Of a DNA stretch of 64,000 bases, positions 17,542 to 33,199 are shown piece by piece. The notes under the pieces are model-generated. The model had not been told where the DNA came from and made no database searches. It saw only the letters and a program-made list of their open reading frames with translations. The stretch comes from the human T2T-CHM13v2.0 reference genome, Homo sapiens. A program made the position numbers and the translations under genes. Where the stretch lies: assembly GCF_009914755.1 (NCBI RefSeq), contig NC_060926.1. The stretch is one strand, 5' to 3'. Positions within the stretch are counted from its first letter, which is position 1. Every line of letters starts with the position of its first letter.

Positions 17542-18058
17542 CAGGGGTCCCCAACTCCTGAAACTAGTCCGTGGCCTGTTAGGAACTAAACTGCACAGCA
17601 GGAGGTGAGCAGCAGGTGAGTAAGTGAAGCTTCTTCTGTATTTACAGCTGCTCCTCACCACTTTCATTACCACCTGAACTCCACCTCCTGTCAGATCAGC
17701 AGCACCATTAGATTCTTATAGGAGCATGGACCCTATTGTGAACTGTGCATGCAAGGGATCTAGGTTGTATGCTCCTTATGGGAATCTAATGCCTGATGAT
17801 CTGTCAATGTCTCCCATCACCTGCAGATGGGACCATCTAGTTACAGGAAAACAATCTCAGGGCTCTCACTGATTCTACGTTATGGTGAGTTGTGTAATTA
17901 TTTTATTATATATTACAATGTAATAATGATAGAAATAAAGTACACAATAAATGCAATGCACTTGAATCATCCCAAAACCATCCCCCACCAACCCAGTCCA
18001 TGGAAAAATTGTCTTCCATGTAACCAGTCCCTGGTGCCAAAAAGGTTGGGGACTGCTG
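17542..18058. mobile_element. MER1A-like hAT-Charlie element
   Basis: Ends CAGGGGTCCCCAAC ... GTTGGGGACTGCTG form inverted repeats. Confidence 0.88.
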
Positions 18059-18194
18059 TTATAGACTACACAGGTGACTGAAAGAGGAAGTTTAGGCTAA
18101 AAACCAGTGCGGTGTGTATACACACCAAATGTATTGAAAGCTGAGAATATATCATGAGGAACCAAGGAGGAAAGTGCTTTAGGTCATCAGATTT

Positions 18195-19420
18195 TTTTAA
18201 AATAGTTTTTTCAAGATTAATTTACATACAATAAATTGCATACATTTCAACTGTGCAATTCAATGAGTTTTGACAAACATGTAGACCATCCCAATCAAGC
18301 TATAAAACATTTCCCAGAAAGTTCACTTTTGCGTTTTCCAGCCAATCCCCTCTACAGCTATGGCTGCCAACCACTACGCTTCTATTACTGTAGATTGATA
18401 CTGCCAGTTCTAGAACTTCACGTAAATAGATTTACACAATAGGCACTATTTTGTCTGTCTTCTTTCACACAGAATGATGGGTTTTTTTGTTTGTTTTCTT
18501 TCTTTTCCAAGACTATTTCTTAGTGTGAACAGCATGATTTTTTTTTGAGTGAATAAATGAGTCAAAAAGCTATGAACATTCAGGTACAAGTCTTTGTATG
18601 AACATATATTTTCCTTTCTCTTTGGTAAATACCTGAGAGTAGAATAGCTGGGCCACATGGTAAGTGTATGTTTATTTTTATAAGAAACTGTCAAACTGTT
18701 TTCTAAAGTAGCCATACCATTTTATACGACTACCTTTCCTACATCAAGGGTCAACAAACTTTTCCTGTGAAAGGCCAAAGAGTAAATAAACATGTTAGGC
18801 TTTGTGGGCCACGTATGGTGTCAGTTACATGTCCTTCTTTATTTTACAACACTTTAAAACTGTAAAAATAATTCTTAACTCAAGTGCCATACAAAAGCAG
18901 GCCATGGGTTAGACTTGGCTCCAATGAAAATTCTGTATCAAGTCGGGATTCAACCAGAAAAACAGGACCACCAGAAGATATATCTAGAATTAGGGATTCG
19001 TTACAAGAGTTTGGCAGCATGTAATTGTTAGAAGCTGGTTAAAAGTTTTGCTATTTTCTAAGGTTGTTGTCTCTATATCTTGTCCTGGAGTTTGAAATTC
19101 ACAGGGCAGGCCATCAGGAGGGAAGATGGATGTACAGTGGGGGAGGTTAGGAATAGACTGGACTTCACACATCAGTTGAAGACCATGAGGAGAGACTGAC
19201 ACCTGTGTCAGTTCTTGTTGCCACTGACCTTGGTAGTGTGGGTATCTGACAGAAATCAGAACCTTCAACCACACCCTCACCAACACTTGGCATGGTCAGT
19301 TTGTAGATTTTAGCCATTGTATTGAGTGTATACTGATATCTCATTTTGGCTTTAATTTGCATTTCCATGACAAGTAATGATGCTGAGAATATTTTCATGT
19401 GTTATTGGCCATTTGTAGGT
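18195..19420 (-). mobile_element. Old L1M fragment interrupted by MER58-like (~18745-18922) and MLT2-like LTR (~18934-19250)
   Basis: Reverse L1 ORF2 3' motifs; MER58-type start CAAGGGTCAACAAACTTTTCCTGTGAAAGGCC. Confidence 0.7.
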
Positions 19421-19503
19421 CATCAGATTTTAAGGGTACTTTTCTTTTCTTTTCTTTTCTTTTCTTTTTGATAAAGCAATATGAGGTCAAGAATAGCTCT
19501 ACA

Positions 19504-19823
<320 letters not shown>

Positions 19824-19924
19824 CTACAGCTTATTTCAAAAAGCTACTTAGCATTTGGAGTCTTAGTTATCTTCGACATTGCTAGACTGACAGTTAAACA
19901 CCTGAGCAATATCATCAGGTAGGC

Positions 19925-20155
19925 CTGGGTCAAACCCTGACCCTGCTGCCTCCTGGCTGTGTGATCTTGGGCCAGTTCCTTAACTTCTCTCAGCTTCAGC
20001 TTCTAAATGTATAAAACAATACCTACCCCATAGGTTGATTATGAAGCATGAATGAGATAAGATCAAGTCACTATTTGGGGATTCACACAATATGTTCACA
20101 TAGATATCACAATCCTTTACAGCCTGGTACAGAGTAGACGCTCAATCAATGGTAG
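19925..20155 (+). mobile_element. MIR
   Basis: GCTGTGTGATCTTGGGCCAGTTCCTTAACTTCTCT core. Confidence 0.75.
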
Positions 20156-20900
20156 CACATTGTTCTGTGTCTGAAATTTAAACTTCCACCATTGGGATTG
20201 TGGAGAGAAATTTAAGAAGGGAAAGACAGTTGTCTCTCCAAAAATGCTGTAGCTGTGGTAGTACACATTTGTTGTTGTTGTTATTGCTGTTGTTACGCTT
20301 TCTTTTATCCCTTTTCTTCCTTCTGGATTCAGTGTCCTTCATAAAGTACATCCTTTAGAAGCTCTTTCAGAGAGGGTTTATGAATGGCACACTCTCAAAG
20401 CCTTTATTTGAAAGTGTCTTCATTACACTCTGTCATACAAGAGTGAGGACATAATAAAGACCCTTTTACATTTTTATTCTGTATCATACTGTGATTCCAA
20501 GAAGAGACTCAGCTCATTAAAAATGACTGCTTCAGCTTCAAGAAACCACATGTTTTAGTTAGGTGAAGCAAGTACTTTTAATTGTTGTTGGCACTGTCAT
20601 TTACACCCTTTTAAGTGGATCTACCATCTCAAGGAATAAATTTGTTCAAATTTATGTTAAGGAAATTCATCCTTAGTAAGCAAGTACTGAATAATGATGG
20701 AAAATATGACCTGTTTGCCAGAAATATTCTGCAGGTTTCAGGTTTCCACTGCCCATCAGAGGCAGCATTGGGCAAGGTGTATTCAGCCTTTGCAGAATAG
20801 ATGAACTTCCTAGAATACAGCTGACCTGGTTTGTATACCTTATCCATGCAGTGAAACAACGTGGTTAGAAAATAAAACCACCACTGAGAATACACAAATG

Positions 20901-21081
20901 CAGTGGTTCTCAAACTCGAGCATGCACCAGGACACGGAGGGCTTGCCGCAACACAGCTTGCTGCCCTGTCACCCCAGAGTTTCTGATTCATCAGGTGTGG
21001 GGCAGGTTGCTGAGAATTTTCACTTCTGACAAGTTCCCAGGTGACAGTGACACCTGGTTCAGGACAACATTTTGAGACCCA
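20901..21081. mobile_element. MER5A
   Basis: CAGTGGTTCTCAAACT ... TTTGAGACCCA ends; CCCCAGAGTTTCTGATTCA core. Confidence 0.85.
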
Positions 21082-21395
21082 AAGATCTATGGTATTTAAA
21101 TAAACTGTGGCCATCTATGCTGATCATCAGAATTTAACAGACCTAAGTTCTTTTTGGTTTCAGGATGTAGATAAGTTCTCTCCCTGATATTGATCACTAC
21201 TGAAAATAATGGAGGAAATGTTTTCAGTAAGAAAAATCATTGCCTATTTGGAAAATTATTTGAAATCAGTTATTAAGGCTTGAAGATCAACTTACTATTT
21301 GGGTTTCACATAGTATGAACAATCGTAATGAAAATGACACATTGAGCGAATGTTGAAAAAGCTACTAGAAAATATGTCTTTAAAATGAGACTATA

Positions 21396-21705
21396 GGCCG
21401 AGTGCAGTGGCTTACACCTGTAATCTCAGCATTTTAGGAGGCTGAGGCATGCAAATTGCTTGAACTCAGTTCAAGACCAGCCTGGGCAACATGGTAAAAC
21501 TTTTGTCTCTACAAAAAAAAAAAAAAATTTAGCCAGGCGTGGTAGCTCATGCCTGTAGTCCTGTAGTCCCAGCTACTGGGGAGGCTGAGGTGGGAGGATC
21601 ACTTGAGCCCAGGAGGTCCAGAGGTTGCAATGAGCTGAGATCTGCCACTGCACTCCAGCCCGGGCAACAGAGCCAGACCCCGTCATAAAAAAAAAAAAAA
21701 AAAAA
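21396..21705 (+). mobile_element. Alu (AluJ-like)
   Basis: Full dimer; TSD GAGACTATA. Confidence 0.95.
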
Positions 21706-24700
21706 GACAGAGAGAGACTATATAAATAAGTCAATCTTACTCATTTATCTTTGGAATAAATATTCTGGGCTATAGCAGAACTTCAGGCCTGAAGTAGGTT
21801 AAAAATATAAATTAACAAATTTAAACAGAAATTTTTTTACTTTCTCCTACTTTTTGTCCTTGTCTTTACCTTTCTTTTCATGGTGCACCTTTTGTTTTCT
21901 GCTCTTTCTCTTTTGGCTCCACTTTACTAAATACTTCCAATGTTTTTTTTTTCCTTTTCTAGGGTTTGATATGTAGTACTACATACCAAATAAACAAACA
22001 GGATAGACTCCTTAAAGGAATCTGTTTCAAACAGCCAGACTTACTGGGTTTGAATGAAGTCCATGTGTCCTCTGCATGGATCTGAATAACTTTTCCAGTC
22101 TAATGCTATTATGATGTCAAGTGGAAATGGCTTCTCCAACCCACCCCATCTTAATGAGATCCTGACCCTCTGTGCTTATCTAATAGTGTGTATCACACAA
22201 AGTTAAGCTGCATGTATTTAGCCTACACATTCATTCGAAGGGGAATAGCGAAGTCATCGGAGCAGGGCTGAACTATGAAAAGAACAATTCCTTGTGTTTA
22301 AAGGAGCACAGAGATTACATTGATTAGCTGGCTCAACCTCTGGCAATTGCATTTTACCACTGTCAAAGCAAACTTATGGAAGCTTAATCTATGTTTTAGG
22401 AAAAGAGTCATTGTAAACACAACACCTTACTTCCTTTACATAGTTGATGTCTATCCAGTGAGTTGATCTATTTTATGAAACTCGCATCAGTATGGTTTGT
22501 CAGACCCAAACATCTAACTTTTACAGAACCTTGTTTGAACCCAGCCATCTCACTTTGCAGGGACTGGGGGGATGCAGGTTATTCTAATGAATGTAGCACA
22601 TGTGGGTGCTAAGGCATCGCTTCTGATGGTAATGATCCATTTCTAGGGGCTCTCAGCCCCCACCAAAGGATATGCCATTTGTGTGAAACCCAGAGTCCTT
22701 GAATAACAAAGGCAGCTTCTAGCCCTGGGTGGGCCAAACTGAGCGCTTCAGGGTCACAAGCGTTCTCTCAGAGCAGGTGACTCCTGTCATCCTGTCGCCC
22801 GTCATAAGTATACTGCTGTCTATCTCCTCACAAAGCTTTTAACCATATTTTGGTTTCTCTGTGGTGCTCTTTACCAGAATTGATAGGGTTAGAACTTCAG
22901 CTGCCTCACTTCTCTCTTGTAAGGTGGGGCTGATAATACCAACCACCCCAGGTTGCCGTGTAGAGTAACGAGGTGATGAATGAAAGCACCTAGAACTATG
23001 CCCCGTCCATGGCTCCACAGCTGTTTTGCAAACGTGAGTATCACCCCCCACTTTGATTTTCTACCGATACCTATAAAAAAGAAAAAAGTGAGTTCATTAT
23101 AACAAGCAACCTCTAACTCATTTTTTAGAGCCCAATTTTTTTGTGTGAGCTGCTTGAAATAGCTGCGCCCCCCAAACCAAAAAAAATGCTTCTCATGGAA
23201 GCATTCTATGAGAACACTGCAAGTGAAACTGTCTGTTCAGAAGGTGCTGGCTTACTACACATGTTAATGAATTGTTTTCCATCCTATAGACATAATCTGA
23301 ATCAGAGACCTGAACAGAAGATGCAACTTCAGGCGCAGACCTCTGGGAGCCCTGAGATGGTCCAGATTCTGTTTAAAGGGTTTGTCTTAAAGAGTTAGAG
23401 GTAAAGATGAGCCTCTCCCTGATTTCTTTACATAAACAAAAATATAGGACAGTGGGGTAAGAGGTTTTCAAAACATTTTTATTATAAAAAATTCAAATAC
23501 ACACAAGAGCAAACAAAATAGTGCAATGGAGGGGGTTGTTTTTAAACAGCTGACATTATATTGCAATGCAGGGAGTAGAATGATAAAAAGAAAATATTTA
23601 AATGCTATGTTTATGCCTTCTGTGATGAATAGCTTATTTAAGTAATTATATGTTTCTATTCAAATTGTTATATGACACTCTCATCAGCAGTGACTAGCAG
23701 AAACCACAGTAAGATATACACGTGGCCTAGACTTTATGTATGACTAAGACCAAAGTTTTATGAAACGATTCTTAGTATTTGCAGTGCTCTCTTGATTTAT
23801 TCACTGACTTCTTCATTTGTTCAGTATATGTTTGTAAGATTAAATAAAATAGGTGTTATAACATTTGTTTAGAGAACATCAATATAGAAAAGAGAATACA
23901 CACCCCATTTAGTTTCAATTTTCCATCCATTCTTTCCGAAGATCTAACTAAAATTCTCCAGGGTACATAATTTCTTTTCTGCTATAGAACAAAACGTAGC
24001 TCACAAATCTAATATTCATGTGGACAGTTTATTGCAAAGGAACTTCTAAGCATTTTTATCATCATTTTGTGAAAAAGAAAACCTAGGAACATAGAACTTA
24101 TATTCTATGACCTGTCCTTGGTCAAAATGCATAATCCCAAAGGAACGGCAGGACTTCTACCCCAGGGCAACACTCTTTCCACTTCATACTCAACACTGGC
24201 CTGTCCTGGTGGATTTGAATTTTCCACTGCAAGGTAATTATGGCCTTGTATATCCAAGCAGCTCAGAAAAGTCCTAAATCTGAAACAATCAAGTGTACTT
24301 TTTGCTTAAGCATTAAGCAGACTCCCATTCACCTCTGTACCAAAAGAGAGAGAGAGAACATTTGGATATGTCTAGCTTTGGTAATATAAATTAAATTAGA
24401 ATTATTCTTTATCTACCCATCTAACACTTTTTCCCTCCCTCTTCTTTTTAAGAAATAAGCACAAATTAGCTCATCAAGATAGCAATGACTATGCGGTTTG
24501 AAAGAAGCAGCCCATGTTTGATGTTGCTTTGTTTCTAACAGAATTTTAAAAAAATGCTAAACTCAAACCCTATAATTCAGCCCAACCTGTTGCTATTCTT
24601 TGATGAAAGCATTTTTTAAAATAGCAGATAGGAAGCTGAGATTTGCATTGAGATAAAGATAGCATAGATCAAAAGCAATCATACATATGTCAGTTAGATT

Positions 24701-25621
24701 CAGTGATAAGATGTGGTAAGTGGTAGGTCCCATATCTAGTTACTTTATGTACAACCACATTTGCTGAATGCAGGCACTCTAATAGGCTAGACACTCATAG
24801 ATGGAAATTAATGGAAGGCAATCTATGATGGTTAGACTGTTTGTTCTGGTATAGATCCAAGACTACATTTCTCCTAATTAGTAATATTACCGTAATTTTT
24901 TATAACTGTCTATGCTGCCCTGCCCAGAATAGTAAATTATCTTTGAAACTTTTATCTGGCATTTCTGAGGGGGTCAGCATTATTTTATAAGTACTCTATA
25001 TCCCCCATACAGAAACTTAGAACTTAGACAATTTCCCCAATTTATTAGAAGGAAAAATATTTTGAGTTAAATTTTAAGGGGAGGAAAAATCCTCCCCTTA
25101 AAAAATCCATATAAGGCATTTTAGGGGGGAGGGTGCAAGTAATATAAAATAATGTCAATATCAATAGGACGCAGAAAAGAATGCTAAATTGGTTTTGAGG
25201 TGAAGTGGGATTGTGGAGAGGAGAGGATGAGAAGTAATGGTTTACTTGGTAAGTAAAATGGAAGAGTCATACAGTGGTTATTTTTCTGGAAGGCTGAGTT
25301 GTAGCAGAAACGTATTGATACAGACCACGGTTAATGCCACATGTCTCTTTGGGATGCCAGCCATACATTACCACTCATAATGAAGATAATCTTGGATAAT
25401 CAAAGCCAGGCTATAAATCGCAGAGATTAAAAACCCGTATTAGGGAATTTCTATGCAGCTCAACATGGGGGTTGCTTCCTTACTTAATATATTCACTAAA
25501 GTCTAAAATTCTACAGCTGAATCTTCTCATTTACTTTCACCAGGCTTGAACACCCCTCATTTGTAATAATCAAGCCAAATTACCTTTTAGCTAAAATGGT
25601 GTTCTGCCATTGATGATCCAA

Positions 25622-25920
25622 CAGGCCAGGGCTAGTGTGAAGCAGCTGAGGCACTTACCTCGAGCACAAAATTTAAGGTAGGGGGTGCCCACAGCTTCAG
25701 TAATCAAGATAAATAACATTTTAACTTCCCTACCGTAATCCTATCTCTGTTGAATCCTGTCTTTATTTAAAATTTTGATAGATTGTCCACCATGGATTTT
25801 TTTGCATTGAATTTGAGTTTTTAAATATTATTTTTCTTTATTACTGAGATGTGGGGCACTCTTTCAAATTTTGTTCCCTGAAGCAGGTGTTTCACATGGT
25901 CCGTAGTAGTCCTGGGCCTA
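25622..25920. mobile_element. MER96B-like hAT element
   Basis: GAGGCACTTACCTCGAGCACAAAATTTAAG..CAGTAATCAAGATAAATAAC motif; degenerate inverted ends. Confidence 0.7.
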
Positions 25921-25979
25921 TAACCTTATTCTTATATTTACATCACTTCAGATTCAAAAAGTTATTTCTTACTTCTAGC

Positions 25980-26192
25980 CCAGAGTTTCCCAGCCTCAGC
26001 ACTTTTGACATTTGGGGCCAGATAATTCTTTAGTTATAGGGGTGTCCTGTGCATGGCAGGATGTTCAGCAGCAACCCTGACATCTCCCCACTCAATGCCA
26101 GTAGCAATGCCAGATGCCTCCCCACCCCCACAGTTGTAATAGACCAAAAATGTCTCCACATATTGCCAAATCATCCCCAGTTGAGAACCACT
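25980..26192. mobile_element. MER20
   Basis: GACATTTGGGGCCAGATAATTCTT...GTTGAGAACCACTG. Confidence 0.88.
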
Positions 26193-27119
26193 GATCAAAC
26201 CAACATCCCTCATGCTGCAACCACTCATTTGCTTCCCGTTGCTTTCCCAAGAGAGATGGGAAGCAGCTTTTCTTCATCTTCTAAATAACAACCCCATGAG
26301 ATTCTTTGCTTTATAGAGCATGTGTTTACTTTATAATCTGATTAGAGTGATGATAATTACATTAGCATGTCTAGACTTACTAAGGTCAAAGCCTTGGCCT
26401 CTGTAAAGTTTATTCCTGTCTAATATCTGACATCTCAGTAGACCACTTGACCATCTGAAGCAGTGGCCTCTCCCGCAATTCAGAAATGCCTTGTAATCAT
26501 AACCCCCTGTCAAACTGTAAACTCAACTCCTTCATTGCATTATGCCACAGGGATTAGTTACTCCCAGCAACATTCTACTCCCTTCAAAGTGAATTTCATC
26601 TTGGAATTTATCAGTAACCTTTATGTAAACTATCATATTTTCTTCCATCTCAGAAGCTAAGGCTCTAATGAGTCAGCTTACATTAAATAATTCAGCAATT
26701 CAACTTCCTCTGTGATCTTATTTTTTAACTACTACAATTTCAGGAAGCCATTTTGCCTATAATGAGCCAGAAAGATATTTAGCATTTTTCTTTCTGATCA
26801 TTCAAAGGGAAAATTTATTATGAAATTTATAAAGCCCAGAGTCAGATTATACTGGAAGGTAAAAGTCCTTTTTTGGACGTGAGTTTTGTAAGAATATACT
26901 AAAAAGTCCTATAACCATCCATGCAAATTGCCATATGAATCATAAGTAAGTAGTCAGATGGATAAACTAGAAATTGTTCCTAATGATACACAATCTGTCA
27001 CATTCACCCTCTGCTCTGTTGAACATTCACAAAATTCTGGTTACTTGTGTGTTTTTTTTCTTCCAGGTAAGAATAATGTATGTGAGAGTCTTATATTCAA
27101 GATAATGAGTTTGGATATT

Positions 27120-27560
27120 ATACCAGTCAGAGTTGTTTACCGCAAGCAACAGAAAATAACTCTAGCTGATTTAAGCAGAGAAAAGCATGTGTTGCTGTGT
27201 TGTTCAATAGCTCAAGGCATTTCAACAGTGTTGGAACCAGGCTTAGAAAAGGAGGCCAGACAAGGGAAGCTAGGCAGCAGGTGGACAACTAAAATCACAC
27301 CACTTAACCCATCTAATGGGGAAACCACCATCACTCCCCTCACGCTAAACACAGATATCACAGGTTGACTGGCAGCCACAGACACAGGACTTTGAATGTG
27401 CTGCTCCACCTCCGTGCCTCTGGATTTGCTGCTGTCTCTGATTCTATCTGTTACCAGCTCCCAGTTCAAAGGCAATAGCAGGTACATCCATTTAGTCAAG
27501 CCTGGGTCACATACCTGCATCCTAGCTGCAAGGGAGGCTAAAAAATGTGTGGAGTTTTCA
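27120..27560 (-). mobile_element. Old MLT1 (K/L-like) LTR
   Basis: GCAAGCAACAGAAA..CTCTAGCTGATTTAAGCAGA and CCTAGCTGCAAGGGAGGCT motifs. Confidence 0.65.
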
Positions 27561-27649
27561 GCTCCTAAAGTGGGAGTCAAGCAGCTAAAAAAAGAGAGAC
27601 GGTTTCCACTGAGATGCGACAAACGGAGGTAATTAATAATAACAGATGA

Positions 27650-27865
27650 AGTCTTGGGCTCTGGAGTTAGACTGAATTTGAATCGATGCTATGTGACCTA
27701 TGTGACCTTGGATAATAAATCACTTAAACCCTTACTTGTTTCTATTTCCTCACTTCTAAAATAGAGATAATACCGTTATCTGCATTAGAGACCCTTGTGA
27801 GGATTAAATACAAACATCCATGTACAATTTCTTAGCACAGGAACTGGCACAGAGTAAGTATTAAT
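27650..27865 (+). mobile_element. MIR, followed by (TG)n at 27878-27903
   Basis: MIR core and TGGCACAGAGTAAGT end. Confidence 0.75.
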
Positions 27866-30668
27866 ACTTCTATATTTCTGTGTGTGTGTGTGTGTGTGTG
27901 TGTTTAAATGAACACATGTTTATACCAACACATAACACTGATAGCAGAGACAGAGCTTCTCTACTCCCATTCTCTTTCCCTTTTAGAAACACCTACCAAA
28001 TACTGAGAGAGTACCGCATATCTCAGACATTCATTTAGTTTAATGCTAGGCAAGGCAACTCGATTTAACTTTGGTCTCCTCCCTTAAAGCATACATGATC
28101 TAGCAGAGAGACACCAAGGATGAAAGAGTTATAATTCTACATATGTTATAATATAATAAAAACAAAAGTTCAGAGAGGGATAAGATTAATTTTATCTAGA
28201 GAGCTAGAAAAGATCATATAAAAGGAACTCAAAAGGGAATGTGAAGAATAGATAATAAGAATTTTCCAGAGAATAGAGAGAAATGGTTGTCTACCAAGCA
28301 GTGAGAATACTCCCAGCACAGCGGTATAAATGCAGGGTGTCTGGCAATGGGGAAGAATTCAGAAAGACAAGAGCATGGGTTGATGGGAAAGTAAACAAAG
28401 ATGAATTGAGAAAGACAGATTAGGTCCAGATTGTCAAAACCCTCTGGGGTCACGGTGGTTATCCTGTCACCTGCTAACATGCATGCTAGCAAAACTGCTA
28501 GGAACTGACCCAAGGCCCTAGCAATGTGCCACATCATTGGCATCAGTATCTTCATATATTATTTGTTCTTTTTAAACTCATTATTCAGAAGTTAAATCCC
28601 AGGGATTAAGGTTGGCCTAAACAAAACAGTGGAATAGGCAAAGTTTCTCCTACTCGTTCCTTTTGTTGGGTCTTCCTTTCTCCCTTAACCTCCATCCCAG
28701 CTCCCCAGTGCCACCTGAAAGCCTCTGGTTCTGCATCACACCCATTGCAATGCTGCCAAAGCTTCAGGCCCTCATGTGTATTGCCAGCTCCAGATCCTCC
28801 CATTCTTCTTCCTCCACCAACACACCAGAGCCCTGATTTCTGTTTAGCTGACAAGACTGAGAATGGGCTAAACAGATAAACCAGACTTAACTTCCGTTCC
28901 TGTCAGTGGCCCTCTTAATAACACAGTATCCTGATAGTGACAGTGGCCTCCCCAGAACAGTTCCCCAACATCAGTTTCTGTCAGTTGCTACACCTACATC
29001 TTCCCCAACCTCTCCACCTCCCCATGCCCACCCTGCCACATGCTCTAATATGGACAAAATAATTCTTGTAGACCACAAAATAAGAATGCTCAAAAGCAGG
29101 ATTGCTCCAGAAAATATGAGGCTAGCCACTGCTTCCTGGTTTCTTCTCAGGAAACTGAATCTGCTCTTCCCTCTGGACCAGAATCTGATCTCAAGTTCTC
29201 TAAGACCATCAACCCGGGGCAGGAGCCCAGTAGCTCCAGCATCTGCGTGACCAGAAATGGGATGATGTGGCTCCTTGCTGGAGATGTTTCAGCACATTGA
29301 TTGCAAAACCCAGTGAGTTTCTCTCAGGTTTTGTTTCAGCTGCCAAGAGCCCAGGGCCTCAAGCCTTGTGAGCAGCTCCAGGAATCTCAGGGAATCGAGA
29401 AGAGACCCAGGACACTGGCATTGGCAAAATGTTGCTGGTGTGGCCGCGTGTAGCACTGAAGTGGCCTGGAGGGTGCGGCCCATTCGGAAGAGCTGTGGCT
29501 GGAAAGAGTTTGTACATAAGGGACAGGTAAAAATGAGCAATTATATTTGAGACAGATCCATTCATTCAGTGGCAATATATTTTTCTTCACATGCTTTTCT
29601 TTTCACAGCAAGCAAATGCACATGAAGCCAGTGACTATGAAGTCGGTCAGATTGAATTGACTCAGTTTTTCTCAAGTCTTCAAGCGTGAAGCATTGCAAA
29701 CCTTCGAGTGTACACTGGGGAAAGAAAGGAAGGGAAAAAAGGACTCCACGGCAAAACCTAAGGAAAAGCCTGTGAAAAGAAAACGGCAAGATAGAGCAAC
29801 ACGATTTCAAATCTTAATCTCCTGAAATGGTGCTTCTAAAGCTGCACTTTCCACATTTCTAAGTGAGACTCTTCAAAACTCTGTGTCAAATCATGTTATA
29901 ACCTTGCTTCTTATCTGTCTGCGATGGCTTTCAAGGGCCAGTAATTCCCCACATGCGGCAGAAAAGTTCACAGTAGAGATTTGTGCACTTGGCTAAGCTT
30001 CCCGCCTTGCTTTTTGTGGAGTGCTGGTGAAGGAGAGAGATTTCTTTTCCCTTTCAGAACTAATGCAACTGCCAAGGACACAGGCTAGAAGCAAACCAAA
30101 TCACTCACTTGGACACATAATCTGCAGGACAACAACTTAATATTAGACTCTCTGCTTTTGTCCAGTAAAACACATGGCCTGGTAGAATGCCCCTGCAATT
30201 TTTTAAATTAAAAACTGGCAGACAAGACCACAAGTACAGGGGAGACTTTTTTGCTGCCTTCTTGCTAGACACCCTCCCTTGCCCCATCACCAGAGATGAC
30301 CTGGAGTCTTGGGCGCTGGCTGCTGGGGTGACAGTGGTGCAGGGGGCTGAGGAAAGAAGAGTCATGGAAATCTTAATAAACTGCAGAGAGAGGGTGTCAT
30401 CTGCCATAGGAAGGGTGGAGGCCACCTCACCGTCTCTTTCTCTACCTGCCTACTGGCCCTTGGACTGGCCTGAGGGTTTGCACAGGAAGAGGCAGGCGTG
30501 AAGAGCTCTGAACAGCATTCCCTGCATCAGGGGCCATAAATGCAAGTGTCAGCCAGGGTCTGGCAGGTAACATCAGCAAGTAAAATGGGTGAGGTCTAAG
30601 AAAAGAAAAGGAAGGAAGACATTATCTACTATGTTATTTGTTTTTGTTTTTTAATAAAGATAGTTTTA

Positions 30669-30960
<292 letters not shown>

Positions 30961-31564
30961 AGATGACATTCTGAAACAAAAACAAAATTAATTCCTCTTG
31001 GCAAGCTGATACACTTTCTTGTATTAGGCACGAGATCTATTGTTCCCATTTTCCCTTGACTTCCAAGAGGCTCAAAGCTATATTTTGTGCTTCCCTTTGA
31101 TTTTTTTTGGACCCATCTTTCTCTCATTCTCACCTGTCTCCTCTCCCAATGTGCACACACATTTTATACACATACATCATATACACACATATATATGCCA
31201 CATACCCATATACGAGCATCATAGGCTCTTCTATTTTTACCTCTGGCATTTTTCCCTTTATTGTAAGTTTTATCACAAATCCTTATGACAGTATGCAGTG
31301 TGAAGTAATAAATTAATAAAACGAGTGCTTTCTACATTCAGGAGGCTGATGTTTCCAATTCTTTAATCAGACTACCACACCATTAGCTGCCAAGGAATCC
31401 AGACAACCTGGAAACACAGATCAGATTCCACCCTTGGTTCCTAGAGTGGTACAGAGGACAAGACCTACAGGGTTCTGCCCACTCTTGGGTGAAAAAGGAC
31501 CAAAATAGCAGAATCCAGAGCCCTATTTTTTAACCACCTTGAAGCACACTCTCCTATTCCTCCC

Positions 31565-31590
31565 ACTCTCTCACTCTCTTTCTCTCTCTT

Positions 31591-31626
<36 letters not shown>
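31565..31626. repeat. (CT)n(CA)n microsatellite
   Basis: Direct reading. Confidence 0.95.
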
Positions 31627-31736
31627 CTGGTAGTCTACACAGATGTGGCATAGATAACGGAAGTATAATACTAGTTTAAACATTCCAGAGTTCTTAATTC
31701 CTTACTATCAAGCCCTGTATTAATATGTGCCAAACT

Positions 31737-32040
31737 GGCCAGGCATGGTGGCTCACGCTTGTAATCCCAGCACTTTGGGAGACAGAGGCAGGAGGATCAT
31801 TTGAGCCCAGGAGTTGGAGATCAGCCTAGGCAACATAGCAAGACCACCATTTCTACAAAAAAAAAAAAAAAAAAAAAAAATTATAATTAGCCAGGCATGG
31901 TGATGCATGCCTGTAGTCCTCACTACTTGGGAGGCTGAGGAAGGAGGATCACTTGAGCGCAGGAGTTCAAGGCTGTAGTGAGCTGTGATCGTGCCACTGC
32001 ACTCCAGCCTAGGCAACAGAGAAAAACATTGTCTCTAAAA
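31737..32040 (+). mobile_element. Alu (AluJ-like)
   Basis: Dimer with expanded middle A tract. Confidence 0.95.
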
Positions 32041-32077
32041 TACACACACACGCATATATAGAGAGAGATACATATAA

Positions 32078-32445
<368 letters not shown>

Positions 32446-33199
32446 TAAAACTCTGTACCAAATGTCCAAATTCAATGGAAAGGACCATTAAATTAATTCC
32501 AAATTCTAACTCCAAAAGTATTCTGATTTTTAAAACATCTTTTTATTTTCATTTTAAGGATTCGAAGGATTTCTCTTTGGAAGTTTGTTGCTTTTATTTC
32601 TATTTTTACTCACTATTTTCTCTGTCTGCAAGCCAAATAGAGATGATATACATTAGGAAGGAGCTACAGATTCAAAATTAATCTCCACCAAAGTTAATTC
32701 CTGCATAAATTAAGCTGAATTTGTTTTTTCAACACCATGAATCAAGTTTAATAGCTATAAATAAAACATGAATTTGAGTTTCCTCATTTATAACTTCAAA
32801 TCCATGACATTTTAGCATAGGAAGGGTAACGTTTTCTTTTTTCTTCTTTTTTAGAGCTCTGAGGCTAGTCATCTGAGAGACTGTAGTAAATATTGTTGAT
32901 TCAAATAAATTCCTCTCTATGGCTGAAAAAGCTAATACTAAGAAGCCCACAGAAAAATTATCTCTGCATTCCTTTGTATGCTTATGCAAAACATCATGAT
33001 CCTCCTCTTGGGACCAGCAAACCAGTAGAGAAATTGCCAGAGATGTGAGCTTTGGGGGTTGGGAAGGCTGTTCTGCTGCATGAAGCGCATGGCTGGTTGT
33101 TGGCCTCAGGTTACTCTATGGCTATAATTAGTTCTTGGAGAAATCGTGAACTGGGATTAAAATAGGATGTCAGGATGACCCTGTTGAGACCTAACCTGT

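Noticed and set aside
20629-21114. 161-aa minus-strand ORF
   Set aside because: It runs through MER5A and is antisense to a better-supported plus-strand exon remnant.
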